Positions 1-9,013 of a stretch of 44,762 nt of DNA are shown here, in pieces. Source of the DNA: Dehalococcoidales bacterium (GTDB lineage: Bacteria; Chloroflexota; Dehalococcoidia; Dehalococcoidales; UBA3254); NCBI GenBank assembly GCA_034429955.1, contig DAOUFH010000147.1, positions 1-44,762 of the forward strand, given 5' to 3'. Every line of letters begins with the position of its first letter. Within the stretch, counting starts at the first letter, position 1. Made by a program: the position numbers and the translations under genes. The notes below the pieces were generated by a model. That model saw only the letters and a list, made by a program, of their open reading frames with translations, did no database searches and had not been told where the DNA came from.

Positions 1-716
1 AGAAACGGCAGTTGATTTCCATTTTCATCGGTACCCCAGTAATCGGGATTTCTGGTGGTTTTAAAAGCTGTATCCAATTCATAACTTGCAAATTTAAAAG
101 GGCCTGTTCCTACCGGGTTTTGCCGTACCCAATCCAACCCGTTTTTATCATAGGCTTCTTTAGAAATGATATATGCCGCAACACTGTTCGCGTCAAAACC
201 GTTCAGGGTTGAATTGGACCAGTAGTTAAGATTTACTTTTACTGAATATTCACTTATTACTTCCACTGATTTCCAATCGGCCCTGGCTTTTGCCGCGATA
301 GCATTATCCAGATTCCATTTAACAACATCGGCATTAAGCTCACTTCCATCATGAAATTTAATGTTTTTACGCAGATTTAAAGTTACAGAGCTATAATCCT
401 CGGCAACTTCATATGACTGTGTAATTGAAGGCAGCATTTCTCCGCTCATATTAAAAGTTATCAGCGGTTCTATACAAAGCGCAGGAATATTAATGGAAGC
501 GGCTCCCATTTCAGGAGGGTAACCGATAACACCTGAAGGTCCCGCAGTAAAAGCATAAATTAATGTTCCTCCATATTTACTGTTATTTGCACTCGTTGCG
601 GCCGTTGCAGATGATGTAGTGCCGGTTGATTTACTGGTTGTTGCAGAGTCTGTACAAGAACTCCCTATTAAGACAATTACTGAAATTACAATAAATAAAA
701 TGATGAAATTCTTCAT
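1..716 (-). CDS. ABC transporter substrate-binding lipoprotein, family 5 (peptide/nickel type), N-terminal part; runs off the window edge
   Basis: My own minus-strand translation starts at ATG 716: MKNFIILFIVISVIVLIGSSCTDS... This is a signal peptide plus a lipobox Cys. It continues ...KYGGTLIYAF...HDGSELNADVVKWNL...NPVGTGPFKF, typical of SBP_bac_5. It is absent from the ORF track because it is open at position 1. Confidence 0.75.
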   Translation of the reverse strand, partial: MKNFIILFIVISVIVLIGSSCTDSATTSKSTGTTSSATAATSANNSKYGGTLIYAFTAGPSGVIGYPPEMGAASINIPALCIEPLITFNMSGEMLPSITQSYEVAEDYSSVTLNLRKNIKFHDGSELNADVVKWNLDNAIAAKARADWKSVEVISEYSVKVNLNYWSNSTLNGFDANSVAAYIISKEAYDKNGLDWVRQNPVGTGPFKFASYELDTAFKTTRNPDYWGTDENGNQLPF

Positions 717-1082
717 AATTACCCCATCCTCAATGATTTATACAACTTCTACCAAATAACAGACTTAATCTTAAGTGAATAGCAAATCCTTGGTACTGGA
801 ATCACAATAATATTTGGTATTTTATTAACAATAGTCTTATAAGAGCAGCTTGTATGTCGTTTGGGTGACATTGTGATGAGGAATGTAGATATTAAAATAA
901 AAAAATATATTATGAGGGGATTAAGCGTTTTAAACTTAATGGACCTCTGAACAAGCAGTAATAAGACAGGTATATATAGAGTCAGAAGTTACAATTAAAT
1001 ATTTAGGATTTTCATTTTCCTTCTATATTGACAGAAGCAGCAAAAGGAAGGTTTAAATGAAGTAATATTTCCTACAAAGAAT

Positions 1083-1120
1083 AGTAGAACCGGACAACCG
1101 CAAGAGAGTCCGGTTCTACT
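1083..1120 (-). terminator. Hairpin downstream of the FIST operon (agtagaaccgga ... tccggttctact)
   Basis: A 12-bp perfect inverted repeat lies 57 nt past the FIST stop. On the minus strand it is followed by a moderately T-rich tail (attctttgtagg). Confidence 0.4.
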
Positions 1121-1176
1121 GTGTTGGGTCTGCCTGGAAAGTATTGGGCTAAACCAGCCCGGTGTGATTAATCTTC

Positions 1177-2271
1177 TTATTTCAGTACCAGCATCGTGGC
1201 GGTCTGGTTGATATGCCCGAGATAGGCTTCGCCATAGGTGGCAAAGCCTATAGAAGGTATATCCGTAAACAGCTTTCCGAACGCTTCTGTTTGTTTTGCG
1301 GCCTCCAGTTCCAGCGTTCTTAAAATACAGTTGAAATTGATTAGACCGGCCGCTCCTTTGGCCTTCTGCAGTGCCTGAGCTGTATCTTTAACAATATCTC
1401 CTGATTCCAGTAATGAGAGTTCTGTGCCTTTTTTGATATTACAATAGAAGACCATTTTGCCGTCTTTGATTTGCTGCGGGCTGCGTACATACGGTTCCCC
1501 GTCTACCATCAATCCCAGCGGATTTTTCATGAATTTGTCCCCGGCTTTATCCACGCTGACGCCGACTGCCCTGGCATAGGCCTCGGCTGCTCCGCTGCCG
1601 TTGAACTTGATCACCGTACGCGCGGCTTCATCCACTTCGTCCGCCTTTAACTTCCTGGGCAACTCTTTGAAACTCTGGGTTTTGATTATTTCATAACCGT
1701 GAGCCGGTTGCAGCAGCACCAGTACTGCCGCGTTGCTCCGGGCTTTACCTTCGGCAAAGACCAAAGTTTGTTTGAACTTGAGATCGTCGCCGGCTGAACC
1801 CCCTACGAATATCAGGTCGGTCAGGTTGCCCAGTCTGTCCATAACTCTTTCTTCGGCGCCGGAAAGACCGTCAAAAAGCACGATTCCTATATATTTCGAT
1901 ATATCCATCTGGGACACTTTTTGACCGAAAGGTTTTTCCAGTTGGGCCAGTGCTTTTGCAACATTGTCCTCGGTTTTGATTTTGTCTATCACCGCTACGG
2001 ACGCTTCTTTAACAGTTTCGCCGTCGATAACTTCAACTACTACGCTGTTTTTAAGCATATATCCTGAAACGATTTCTCCGGCGGTAGAGCAGCCTATGAC
2101 CCTGGCTCCGGGATAGGCTGTTTCCAGTCCCTTGCCTACCTTTTCCAGGTCATAGCTGGCGGAAGCGAAAAACACTACCAGTTTTCCCTGAATTTTGCCT
2201 GTACCCTTCTTTAATTCCGTTATTAAATCAGTCACTTCAGTCTTGTTTGAATACGCTACTTTAATACTCAT
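1177..2271 (-). CDS. FIST (N+C) domain sensory protein
   Basis: The 364-aa ORF is compatible with FIST_N/FIST_C architecture (..FFASASYD.., ..IGCSTAGEI.., ..FVGGSAGD.., ..GFATYGE..). No output domain is fused. Confidence 0.75.
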   Translation of the reverse strand: MSIKVAYSNKTEVTDLITELKKGTGKIQGKLVVFFASASYDLEKVGKGLETAYPGARVIGCSTAGEIVSGYMLKNSVVVEVIDGETVKEASVAVIDKIKTEDNVAKALAQLEKPFGQKVSQMDISKYIGIVLFDGLSGAEERVMDRLGNLTDLIFVGGSAGDDLKFKQTLVFAEGKARSNAAVLVLLQPAHGYEIIKTQSFKELPRKLKADEVDEAARTVIKFNGSGAAEAYARAVGVSVDKAGDKFMKNPLGLMVDGEPYVRSPQQIKDGKMVFYCNIKKGTELSLLESGDIVKDTAQALQKAKGAAGLINFNCILRTLELEAAKQTEAFGKLFTDIPSIGFATYGEAYLGHINQTATMLVLK

Positions 2272-2284
2272 TCTGTATCCTCTT

Positions 2285-2485
2285 TTATAACTTGATTCCC
2301 ATGCCTGCTGCGATTTTTTCCAGTTCAGCGATTGTCTCCGGATTATCTTCGCTGGTTGCAGTGTACTTGTCCGGATTGAATCCTTTTAATACCAGTTTGG
2401 TGCGAGTAGTATTACGGACGATCTCATTTCCTTTGGCCCGTTCTTCGACAATGTAATCGATCATTTTTTTTATTTTTCCAGCCAC
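2285..2485 (-). CDS. Small hypothetical protein, co-oriented and 14 nt upstream of the FIST gene
   Basis: The ORF ends 2285. The preferred start is GTG 2485, preceded by GAGGTG with a 7-nt spacer (alternative ATG at 2464). The longer 2599 start in the ORF track has no RBS. I do not recognise the family. Confidence 0.45.
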   Translation of the reverse strand: MAGKIKKMIDYIVEERAKGNEIVRNTTRTKLVLKGFNPDKYTATSEDNPETIAELEKIAAGMGIKL

Positions 2486-3235
2486 TGAATTACACCTCAA
2501 AAATTTTAAGTTCTTCAGGACTCCCGGGAGTTTAGTTGCTCTCCGTCTTGAGTCCGTAAAATTGCAGAAGATATTGATTAAGTTTTTTATAACCGGCAAA
2601 TATACTTTACGTTTTGCTCTCGCCGGTCAACTATGGCAGATATTTTGAAGAAGGCATTTCAGGCGGATCTTAGCTAATTCCCATATCTTACCTCCTTGTA
2701 CGTTATCCGGAGTGAAAGTCTGTTCCCATTTTAGGTTCCATGGCACGTCTGAACAACTTATAAATCACCCATTTTTTGTGCTAGTTTACCCACAAAAATC
2801 AGGATGCTTGGGGAGGTTATGGCAGAGAATAAGCCCTGGGCGCTGAAATCGAGATGATACTGGATGCGGAAGGTGAAAGGTCTTATAGATGGGTATATCT
2901 GTTATCCGTAAGAGGTATAGCCTTATCCGGTCTACAGGCAAGCTGTTGACAGACAGTTGTAACGGGGACCTATACTGACGGTCTTACTAATGAAAGCAGT
3001 GCTTTCGACCCCGCAAAACCCGATTTAATGGTCTTTGACCCAGAGGTTTTTGGGGGGGGCCGGAACTGATAACCAATTCGTCTTTCTCTTTCGAGGACTG
3101 AAGACTTAATGTTGCGTGATGCCTTAACTCGAAGTCATGATTTATGAGGAATAGCTATTAGGGTATTTAAGCAAGTTCTGAGGTTTTCCTGCACGAAACT
3201 AAAAGCTGATAGCTGATGTCTGAAAGCTGTTGAAG

Positions 3236-3312
3236 TGGTGCCCCTGGAGAGAGTCGAACTCTCGACACGCGGTTTAGGAAACCGCTGCTCTGTCCATCTG
3301 AGCTACAGGGGC
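3236..3312 (-). tRNA. tRNA-Arg (anticodon CCT), CCA encoded
   Basis: The reverse complement GCCCCTGTAGCTCAGATGGACAGAGCAGCGGTTTCCTAAACCGCGTGTCGAGAGTTCGACTCTCTCCAGGGGCACCA folds as a cloverleaf. The anticodon loop is TTCCTAA. Confidence 0.9.
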
Positions 3313-3350
3313 CTGTTTCAAAAGTTATTATACAGGAAGATGGGGGTTTT

Positions 3351-3380
3351 TGTCAGGTGGAGGAGGTGATGAGGTGAGTT
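3351..3380 (+). repeat. Partial copy of the tgtcagg(c)tggagg repeat head
   Basis: tgtcaggtggaggaggtgatgaggtgag compared with tgtcaggctggaggaggcgtcagcc at 43209. Confidence 0.3.
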
Positions 3381-3560
3381 ATTAGTTTCAGAATAGGGTG
3401 AGGCCTCCGCCATGACAACAAAAGAGAAGTTCTATTCTTTATCACTCTTAGTCGATAATATCACACGTTACAGTATTTGGTGCATTTCCCAATAAAGATA
3501 TGGTAAGCGATATTGGAACCCCTTTGAAGCTAATATTTCGAGCCAATTTTTAACCTCATG

Positions 3561-4319
3561 CTAATAGATGACTTTAATACCATAATTCTTAAGCTGTGGA
3601 ATATATGTATCGATTGAATCCGTATTCAAGGGATTGGCAGACAAACCGAGTTTTTTCCGATAATATTTAGTTGGTATATCTGTGAATCCTTTGTTCTCTA
3701 ACAACGGAGAAATGTCCAGAATCTGATTTTCCTCTAAAGAGAGGATTTCCAGACGGTAGAGTTTAGTCAGGGGAGAAATATCGCTGATATGGTTTCGTTG
3801 TATACCCAGGTTTTTAAGATTAGTGAGATTAGCCAATGCTGAAATATCGCTGATATCATTGCCATCAATAATAAGAGTCTCCAGATTGCTCAGTCCGGCT
3901 AAAGGAGAAACATCCCGGATGCTATTTTCGGCAAGGAGCAGCGACTGGAGTCTGGTCAGTTTGCTGAGCGGCGATAAGTCTTTGATTTGGTCTCCGACTA
4001 AACGGATTTCTTCCACATTGATACAATATTCCAACCCGGTCAGGTCGCTAATCGGGGATTGAGGAATCCCACCCGCTAATCCACCGGGATTATAAGTGAT
4101 ATCCAGCCTGGTAATACTCGCCATATCGCTGGCCCGGATATCCCGGCCGTGGATATCCAGGGTCTCCCGGATAGCGACTTGCAGAGTTGGGTCGGGTATA
4201 TTTACTGTCTCGTCTGCCATCGCAAAAACGGCTCTGGCGGTGCCGTAACCGAATCCGGCCGCTGAAATAATCGTAGACAATACCAGAAACGAGGTAATAA
4301 AAATTCTTTTTATTTTCAT
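3561..4319 (-). CDS. Secreted leucine-rich-repeat (internalin-like LRR) protein
   Basis: Start ATG 4319 follows GAGGTG. The N-terminal signal/TM is MKIKRIFITSFLVLSTIISAAG. It is followed by about 22-aa repeats of the form L..L..L.L..N.I.DISPL. Confidence 0.75.
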   Translation of the reverse strand: MKIKRIFITSFLVLSTIISAAGFGYGTARAVFAMADETVNIPDPTLQVAIRETLDIHGRDIRASDMASITRLDITYNPGGLAGGIPQSPISDLTGLEYCINVEEIRLVGDQIKDLSPLSKLTRLQSLLLAENSIRDVSPLAGLSNLETLIIDGNDISDISALANLTNLKNLGIQRNHISDISPLTKLYRLEILSLEENQILDISPLLENKGFTDIPTKYYRKKLGLSANPLNTDSIDTYIPQLKNYGIKVIY

Positions 4320-4863
4320 ATAAATCACCTCTAGTGGAATGCTCCTATTATTAAAATAGCTGCCGGATTTCATACCGGCATCCACTCCGGCACCCATTTG
4401 TTCTGATATGCTGTACCTAAAAATAGTTTATCGTGTTATTTAATCCATTTATAAGTATAATTTAAGCAATCTTTCAGGTTATTTGCTTGATTCTGGTATC
4501 TTGGCAATTACTTCGGTCAAACCATCCGGTTAAAGAAAAACCGGCAAGAATTTTACGATTATTCTGGATAGTATTTGGCCTTTTCCTTAAAACTGAGCTA
4601 TCGTGTCTGAGGCAGGATGATGAACGATAAACGGCTTCTTCTTTTCGTATTATGCACTCTTTAATTTTTACAATATTACTCTCAGCCTGCTAAGCTGCAA
4701 GATCAAAAGGTACTGGTATACCCCCAACCCCAAATTTGTTATAATGATAGGCGTCCGTTTCCGCCGGAGAATAACCAGTATTCCAATTCTTTGTCTGATT
4801 GGCAGTATTGGTATTTATTTGTAATATTGGTATTATTTAATATTTTTATAGGGGGATTATTCT

Positions 4864-5322
4864 ATGAAGGTTGTATTTCTGGAAGATGTGCCGAATGTAG
4901 CTAAAGCCGGTGACACCAAAGAGGTTACCGATGGATATGCCCGTAATTTTTTACTGCCTAAAAAACTGGCCGTAATCAGCCAGCCCGGCGTGATAACTAC
5001 CATTAAGAAGCTGATCGACGCCAAGGCCGAAGTTGAAAAGAACAAGAAACTGGCTGCTGAAATAGAAGGCAAGGAAGTCACCTTCAAGGTTAAAATGGGG
5101 GCCAAGGAACGCATGCACGGTTCGATTACCGCTGCCGATGTCTCTGCCGAATTGCAGAATGTCACCGGTCAGACTGTCGATAAGCGTAAGATCGATCTGG
5201 TTGAACCCATCAAGAGCCTGGGCAGCTATGACATAATGGTTAAACTGGGCAAGGGCATTGAACCCAAAATCAAGGTCAATGTCATCGAGAAAGAAGCTGA
5301 AGCTGAGGCTAAAGCCGAATAG
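4864..5322 (+). CDS. rplI: 50S ribosomal protein L9
   Basis: MKVVFLEDVPNVAKAGDTKEVTDGYARNFLLPKKLA is the canonical L9 N-terminus. The gene is adjacent to dnaB, as in many bacteria. Confidence 0.95.
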   Translation: MKVVFLEDVPNVAKAGDTKEVTDGYARNFLLPKKLAVISQPGVITTIKKLIDAKAEVEKNKKLAAEIEGKEVTFKVKMGAKERMHGSITAADVSAELQNVTGQTVDKRKIDLVEPIKSLGSYDIMVKLGKGIEPKIKVNVIEKEAEAEAKAE

Positions 5323-5325
5323 AGC

Positions 5326-5376
5326 GGCTCCCCCCTCCCGGATACTTCGGCCTCGCCGTTCGGGGCCTCCGGCAGG
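5326..5376 (-). repeat. Intergenic repeat, 'GAAG(C/T)ATCCGG' module (reverse orientation) just after rplI
   Basis: The reverse complement is cctgccggaggccccgaacggcgaggccgaagtatccgggaggggggagcc. Confidence 0.5.
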
Positions 5377-5485
5377 ACACACAAGTAGTGGAGAAAGGGT
5401 GAGTCAGATGGATGATGCCCGTCGGCTGTAAAATCCCCCTGGTATCAAAGTATCTGACAGCTATAAGCTAATTACGAGGTTATCA

Positions 5486-6883
5486 ATGGCCGATAGATTA
5501 CCGCCGCATGATATCGATGCAGAAGAGGCTACTCTGGGTTCTATTTTGCTGGATGGCGCGGCTATCAACAAGATAGAGAGCCTGATCTCGGCACTGGACT
5601 TTTACAGCGAGCGCAACCGCTGGATTTACGAGTCCTGCCTGGACCTGTACCAGCGCAGCGAGTCTATTAACCAGATTACGGTGGCGCAGGACCTGGCCCG
5701 TCTGGAGAAGCTGGAGAACTGCGGAGGGGCGGCTTTCCTGAGCCATCTGATCTCGGTCACACCTACCTCTCTGGATATCGAGTATTATGCCCGCATCGTC
5801 TACCGCCTGTCCATGATGCGTAAGCTGATTTCGGCCGCCGACCAGATAGCCAATATCGGCTACAAGGCCGACCCGGATATCGATGCCGGCATGGATAAAG
5901 CGGAGGACCTGCTTTACGGGTTGCGGCACGGCAAGAGCCCGCGCGATTTCGTGCATATCCGTAACATCCTGGACAAGTATTTCGAAGAGGAACCTCTGTC
6001 TGATGAGGAAGGGCCGCTTAAGCCCAGCGAAATGCCGCATGTGCCCAGCGGGTTCTTTGGTCTGGATGATTTCCTGGGCGGCTTTCAGCGTTCCGACCTG
6101 GTCATTGTGGCCGGACGTCCCAGCATGGGTAAGACCAGCCTGGCGCTCAATATCGCCCGCAATGCGGCGGTGGAACATAATGCCTGCGTGGCTATGTTCA
6201 GCCTGGAAATGTCCCGCGAATCGCTGGTGGAAAGGCTGATCGCCTCCGAAGCCCGCGTCAATTCACGTAAGATCCGTTTGAACAACGAGACCGCCGAGGA
6301 AGAGAAACGCATTCTGGACGCCATCGGCATTCTGTCCGAGGCGCCGATTTATATCGATGACTCACCTCAAATCAGGGTTATCGAGATGCGTTCCAAAGCT
6401 AAAAGGCTGCATTTTGAACGCAACATCAATATGATTATTATCGACCATCTGGGTCTTATCCAGGGCGACCAGCGCATCGATAACCGTGTGCAGGAGATCA
6501 GCTATATCACCCGTTCGCTGAAAGTGCTGGCACGCGAGATGAATGTACCGGTGCTGGTGGTCTCACAGTTGAGCCGTGCCTCGGAGTGGCGTTCTTCACA
6601 TAAACCGCAGCTTTCCGACCTGCGCGATTCAGGTTCAATCGAACAGGATGCCGATGTGGTCCTCTTCGTCTACCGCGATGAGTATTACTACCGCACTGAG
6701 GAAGATTGGCTGAAGGAACATCCCAACGAGGAATACCCGGTTGGCCTGGCGGATCTGATTGTCGCCAAACACCGCAACGGCCCGACCGGAGAGATCAAAC
6801 TGCGCTTTGAGTCTAACCTGGCCAAATTTGAGAATATGGCGGTCGATACCAGCGCTCCCGGCCCCGGGCCGAACCTTATATGA
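5486..6883 (+). CDS. dnaB: Replicative DNA helicase DnaB
   Basis: PPHDIDAEEATLGSILLD N-terminus, Walker A GRPSMGKTS, Walker B IIIDHLGLI, ..SQLSRA.. and ..RDSGSIEQDADVV... Length is 465 aa with no intein. Confidence 0.95.
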   Translation: MADRLPPHDIDAEEATLGSILLDGAAINKIESLISALDFYSERNRWIYESCLDLYQRSESINQITVAQDLARLEKLENCGGAAFLSHLISVTPTSLDIEYYARIVYRLSMMRKLISAADQIANIGYKADPDIDAGMDKAEDLLYGLRHGKSPRDFVHIRNILDKYFEEEPLSDEEGPLKPSEMPHVPSGFFGLDDFLGGFQRSDLVIVAGRPSMGKTSLALNIARNAAVEHNACVAMFSLEMSRESLVERLIASEARVNSRKIRLNNETAEEEKRILDAIGILSEAPIYIDDSPQIRVIEMRSKAKRLHFERNINMIIIDHLGLIQGDQRIDNRVQEISYITRSLKVLAREMNVPVLVVSQLSRASEWRSSHKPQLSDLRDSGSIEQDADVVLFVYRDEYYYRTEEDWLKEHPNEEYPVGLADLIVAKHRNGPTGEIKLRFESNLAKFENMAVDTSAPGPGPNLI

Positions 6884-7584
6884 GTGAATTCAACGGTTTT
6901 CCCGGTCGTTTGCAGTATACGCCGGTACCTAACCTGGTTTTCAGCTCGCTGGCGGCCGGCATCAGTGATATCGTTGAACTGAAAGTGCTGCTGCACGTAT
7001 TTGAAATAATTTATCCTAAAAAGGGCAATATCAGGTTTGTCACGGCCCAGGAAATGGCTACCCATCCCAGCGTGGTCAATGACCTGAAGGGCAAAAGCGC
7101 CGGTGAGATTGAGCAGGTTCTGAGCGCATTGAGTGCTAAGAATATACTGGCCGCCTGGCCGCTGAGCGGAGTGGAAGCCGCGGCTTATTTTATTAATAAC
7201 GAAGCCAACCGGAAGCTGATCGAGAGAATTCGCAGCGGTGAACTGAGCTTGCCGGAAATAAAAATAAGCAGTCCGTTGCCGGAACCGGTTGCCGCCCAGC
7301 CTGAAGATATTTTTACGCTGTATGAGCAGAACATCGGTCTGATTACACCTTTGATAGCCGATGAACTGAAAGAGGCTGCGCAGCACTATCCGGAAGGCTG
7401 GCTGAAAGAGGCTTTCAGGGAAGCGGTCAATCAAAACAAGCGCAACTGGAAATATATCTCCCGTATTCTGGAGCGCTGGGCAACCGAAGGGAAGAAAGAT
7501 GGAACATATCGGGGAAATCTTAAAACGTCTGCGGACCCGGACAAATATGTCCGGGGAAAATACGGACATATGGTCCAGCGATGA
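6880..7584 (+). CDS. DnaD/DnaB_2-domain replication initiation protein
   Basis: 4-bp ATGA overlap with dnaB. The C-terminal motif ..LYEQNIGLITPLIADELKEA...EAVNQNKRNWKYISRILERW.. is typical of the DnaD C-terminal domain. Confidence 0.7.
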   Translation: MSEFNGFPGRLQYTPVPNLVFSSLAAGISDIVELKVLLHVFEIIYPKKGNIRFVTAQEMATHPSVVNDLKGKSAGEIEQVLSALSAKNILAAWPLSGVEAAAYFINNEANRKLIERIRSGELSLPEIKISSPLPEPVAAQPEDIFTLYEQNIGLITPLIADELKEAAQHYPEGWLKEAFREAVNQNKRNWKYISRILERWATEGKKDGTYRGNLKTSADPDKYVRGKYGHMVQR

Positions 7585-8929
7585 AAAGCGGCCGGAATCC
7601 CTAGCTGATAAAGATTGTCCAATCTGCAAGGGGTCCGGCTTTGTCTATCCGCGTCTGCCTTCCGGTAAAGCCGACTACAGCCGGGCAGTGCCCTGCCGCT
7701 GTGTCAGAGAGGCTGGAGCCAGGCTGCAGGAGGACCGTCTTTTAAAATACAGCAATCTGGGTGCTCTGAGCGCCTGTACTTTTGAGAATATGACCCTCTC
7801 AGGGTTGAGCGGAGAGAGCCGCAAACAGGCCCTCTTCCAAAAGGCGGTTGAGGCCGCTAAAGAGTTCGCTGCCGATCCGCAGGGCTGGTTCGTACTGGTG
7901 GGCCCCAGCGGCAGCGGCAAGACTTATCTGGCTGCTGCGATCGCTAATGAGCGCATCAAGAACGGTTATCCGGTCTTTTTTCAGACCGTACCCGATTTAT
8001 TGGACCGTCTGCGCTCGGCCTATGCCCCGGACAGCGATATGCCCTATGATGATTTATTCGAGCGGGTCTGCAATGCCCAGTTCCTGGTGCTGGATGATCT
8101 GGGGGTTCAGTCGGCTACCGCCTGGGCCAGGGAGAAGCTGGACCAGCTTTTAAATCACCGCTTTATCCATGAACTGCCCACCGTTTTCACTACCGCCGTA
8201 CCGGTTGAGGCTCTGGAAGAAAGAATCCGTACCCGCCTGAGCAACCCGCGCCTGAGCCATATTTATATCATCGAAGAAAAGGCCTCGGCCTTACAGCAGT
8301 CCGGTTGGGGCCAGGGCTTTGAGTTGCAGAAGATGATGACCTTCAAGACCTTCGATGCCAAGCGGTTGAACCTGCCGCTGGAGCAACGTCAGAATCTGGG
8401 AGCGGCCTATCAGGTGGCTTTGCAGTATGCCGAATCACCCGAGGGTTGGCTGGTCTTTCAGGGGGTTAACGGCAGCGGCAAGACCCATCTGGCTGCGGCT
8501 ATCGTCAATTACCGCTATGAGGCCCGTAAACCGGCCACTTTCGTGGTGGTGCCGGAATTTCTGGACCATCTACGCAAGACCTTCAACCCTGAAAGTAGAG
8601 TATCTTACGACCAGCTGTTTGAAGCGGTCAAGACCGCTCCGCTGCTGGTGCTGGATGACTTCGGGGAGCAGTCCACTACACCCTGGGCGCAGGAGAAGCT
8701 TTACCAGGTCATCAACTACCGTTATAATGCCCGTCTGGCTACGGTCATCACCACCAGTAATTCACTGGACGAGATCGAATCGCGCATCGCTTCACGGCTG
8801 GTCGACCCGCGTCTCAGCATGGTTATCAATATCACTGCGCCTGACTACCGGGGAGATAATACCCAGAGTCCCGGCCCCCTTAAGAAGAACCTGCGTACAA
8901 CCAAAAAGCCCCGCTATAACGAAGCATAA
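7499..8929 (+). CDS. Tandem (duplicated) DnaC/IstB-like AAA+ helicase-loader protein with an N-terminal Cys4 zinc finger
   Basis: Zinc finger is CPICKGSG...CRC. There are two complete modules, each with Walker A (GPSGSGKTYLAAAI and GVNGSGKTHLAAAI) and Walker B (LVLDDLG and LVLDDFG). The start is uncertain (7499 with a purine-rich RBS, or 7547); both overlap the upstream gene. Confidence 0.8.
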   Translation: MEHIGEILKRLRTRTNMSGENTDIWSSDEKRPESLADKDCPICKGSGFVYPRLPSGKADYSRAVPCRCVREAGARLQEDRLLKYSNLGALSACTFENMTLSGLSGESRKQALFQKAVEAAKEFAADPQGWFVLVGPSGSGKTYLAAAIANERIKNGYPVFFQTVPDLLDRLRSAYAPDSDMPYDDLFERVCNAQFLVLDDLGVQSATAWAREKLDQLLNHRFIHELPTVFTTAVPVEALEERIRTRLSNPRLSHIYIIEEKASALQQSGWGQGFELQKMMTFKTFDAKRLNLPLEQRQNLGAAYQVALQYAESPEGWLVFQGVNGSGKTHLAAAIVNYRYEARKPATFVVVPEFLDHLRKTFNPESRVSYDQLFEAVKTAPLLVLDDFGEQSTTPWAQEKLYQVINYRYNARLATVITTSNSLDEIESRIASRLVDPRLSMVINITAPDYRGDNTQSPGPLKKNLRTTKKPRYNEA

Positions 8930-8947
8930 ACAGGCGGTTAAAAAACC

Positions 8948-8980
8948 AGTCCCTCCGGTATTTTGCCGGAGGGACTTTTA
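8948..8980. terminator. Bidirectional rho-independent terminator between convergent genes
   Basis: agtccctccgg-tattttg-ccggagggact is flanked by an A-run upstream and a T-run downstream. Confidence 0.65.
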
Positions 8981-9013
8981 GTAAGCTGAAGAATTTAAAA
9001 TCAGGCCGGAAAT

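Noticed and set aside
12-212. 66-aa plus-strand ORF at the window start
   Set aside because: It lies entirely inside the minus-strand ABC substrate-binding protein gene, whose translation has clear family motifs. It has no RBS and is a shadow ORF.
2465-2599. N-terminal extension of the small ORF to the TTG at 2599 (104 aa)
   Set aside because: There is no RBS at 2599. A GAGGTG-GTG start at 2485 (or the ATG at 2464) fits better, and the extension is Cys/Arg/Phe-rich and atypical.
4737-4745. Extended -10 promoter (TGtTATAAT) about 120 nt upstream of rplI
   Set aside because: It is plausible, but there is no convincing -35 element and the AT-rich context makes chance matches likely. I did not list it as a feature.
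5498-7629. Long antisense ORFs (226 aa at 5498-6178, 313 aa at 6688-7629) opposite dnaB and the dnaD-like gene
   Set aside because: The sense-strand proteins are unambiguous. The antisense translations are Arg/Ala/Leu-rich and low in information, as is typical of GC-rich shadow frames.
8427-8981. 184-aa alternative-frame ORF within the second DnaC-like module
   Set aside because: It is out of frame with a well-supported CDS, and its composition is Arg/Trp/Ser-rich nonsense.
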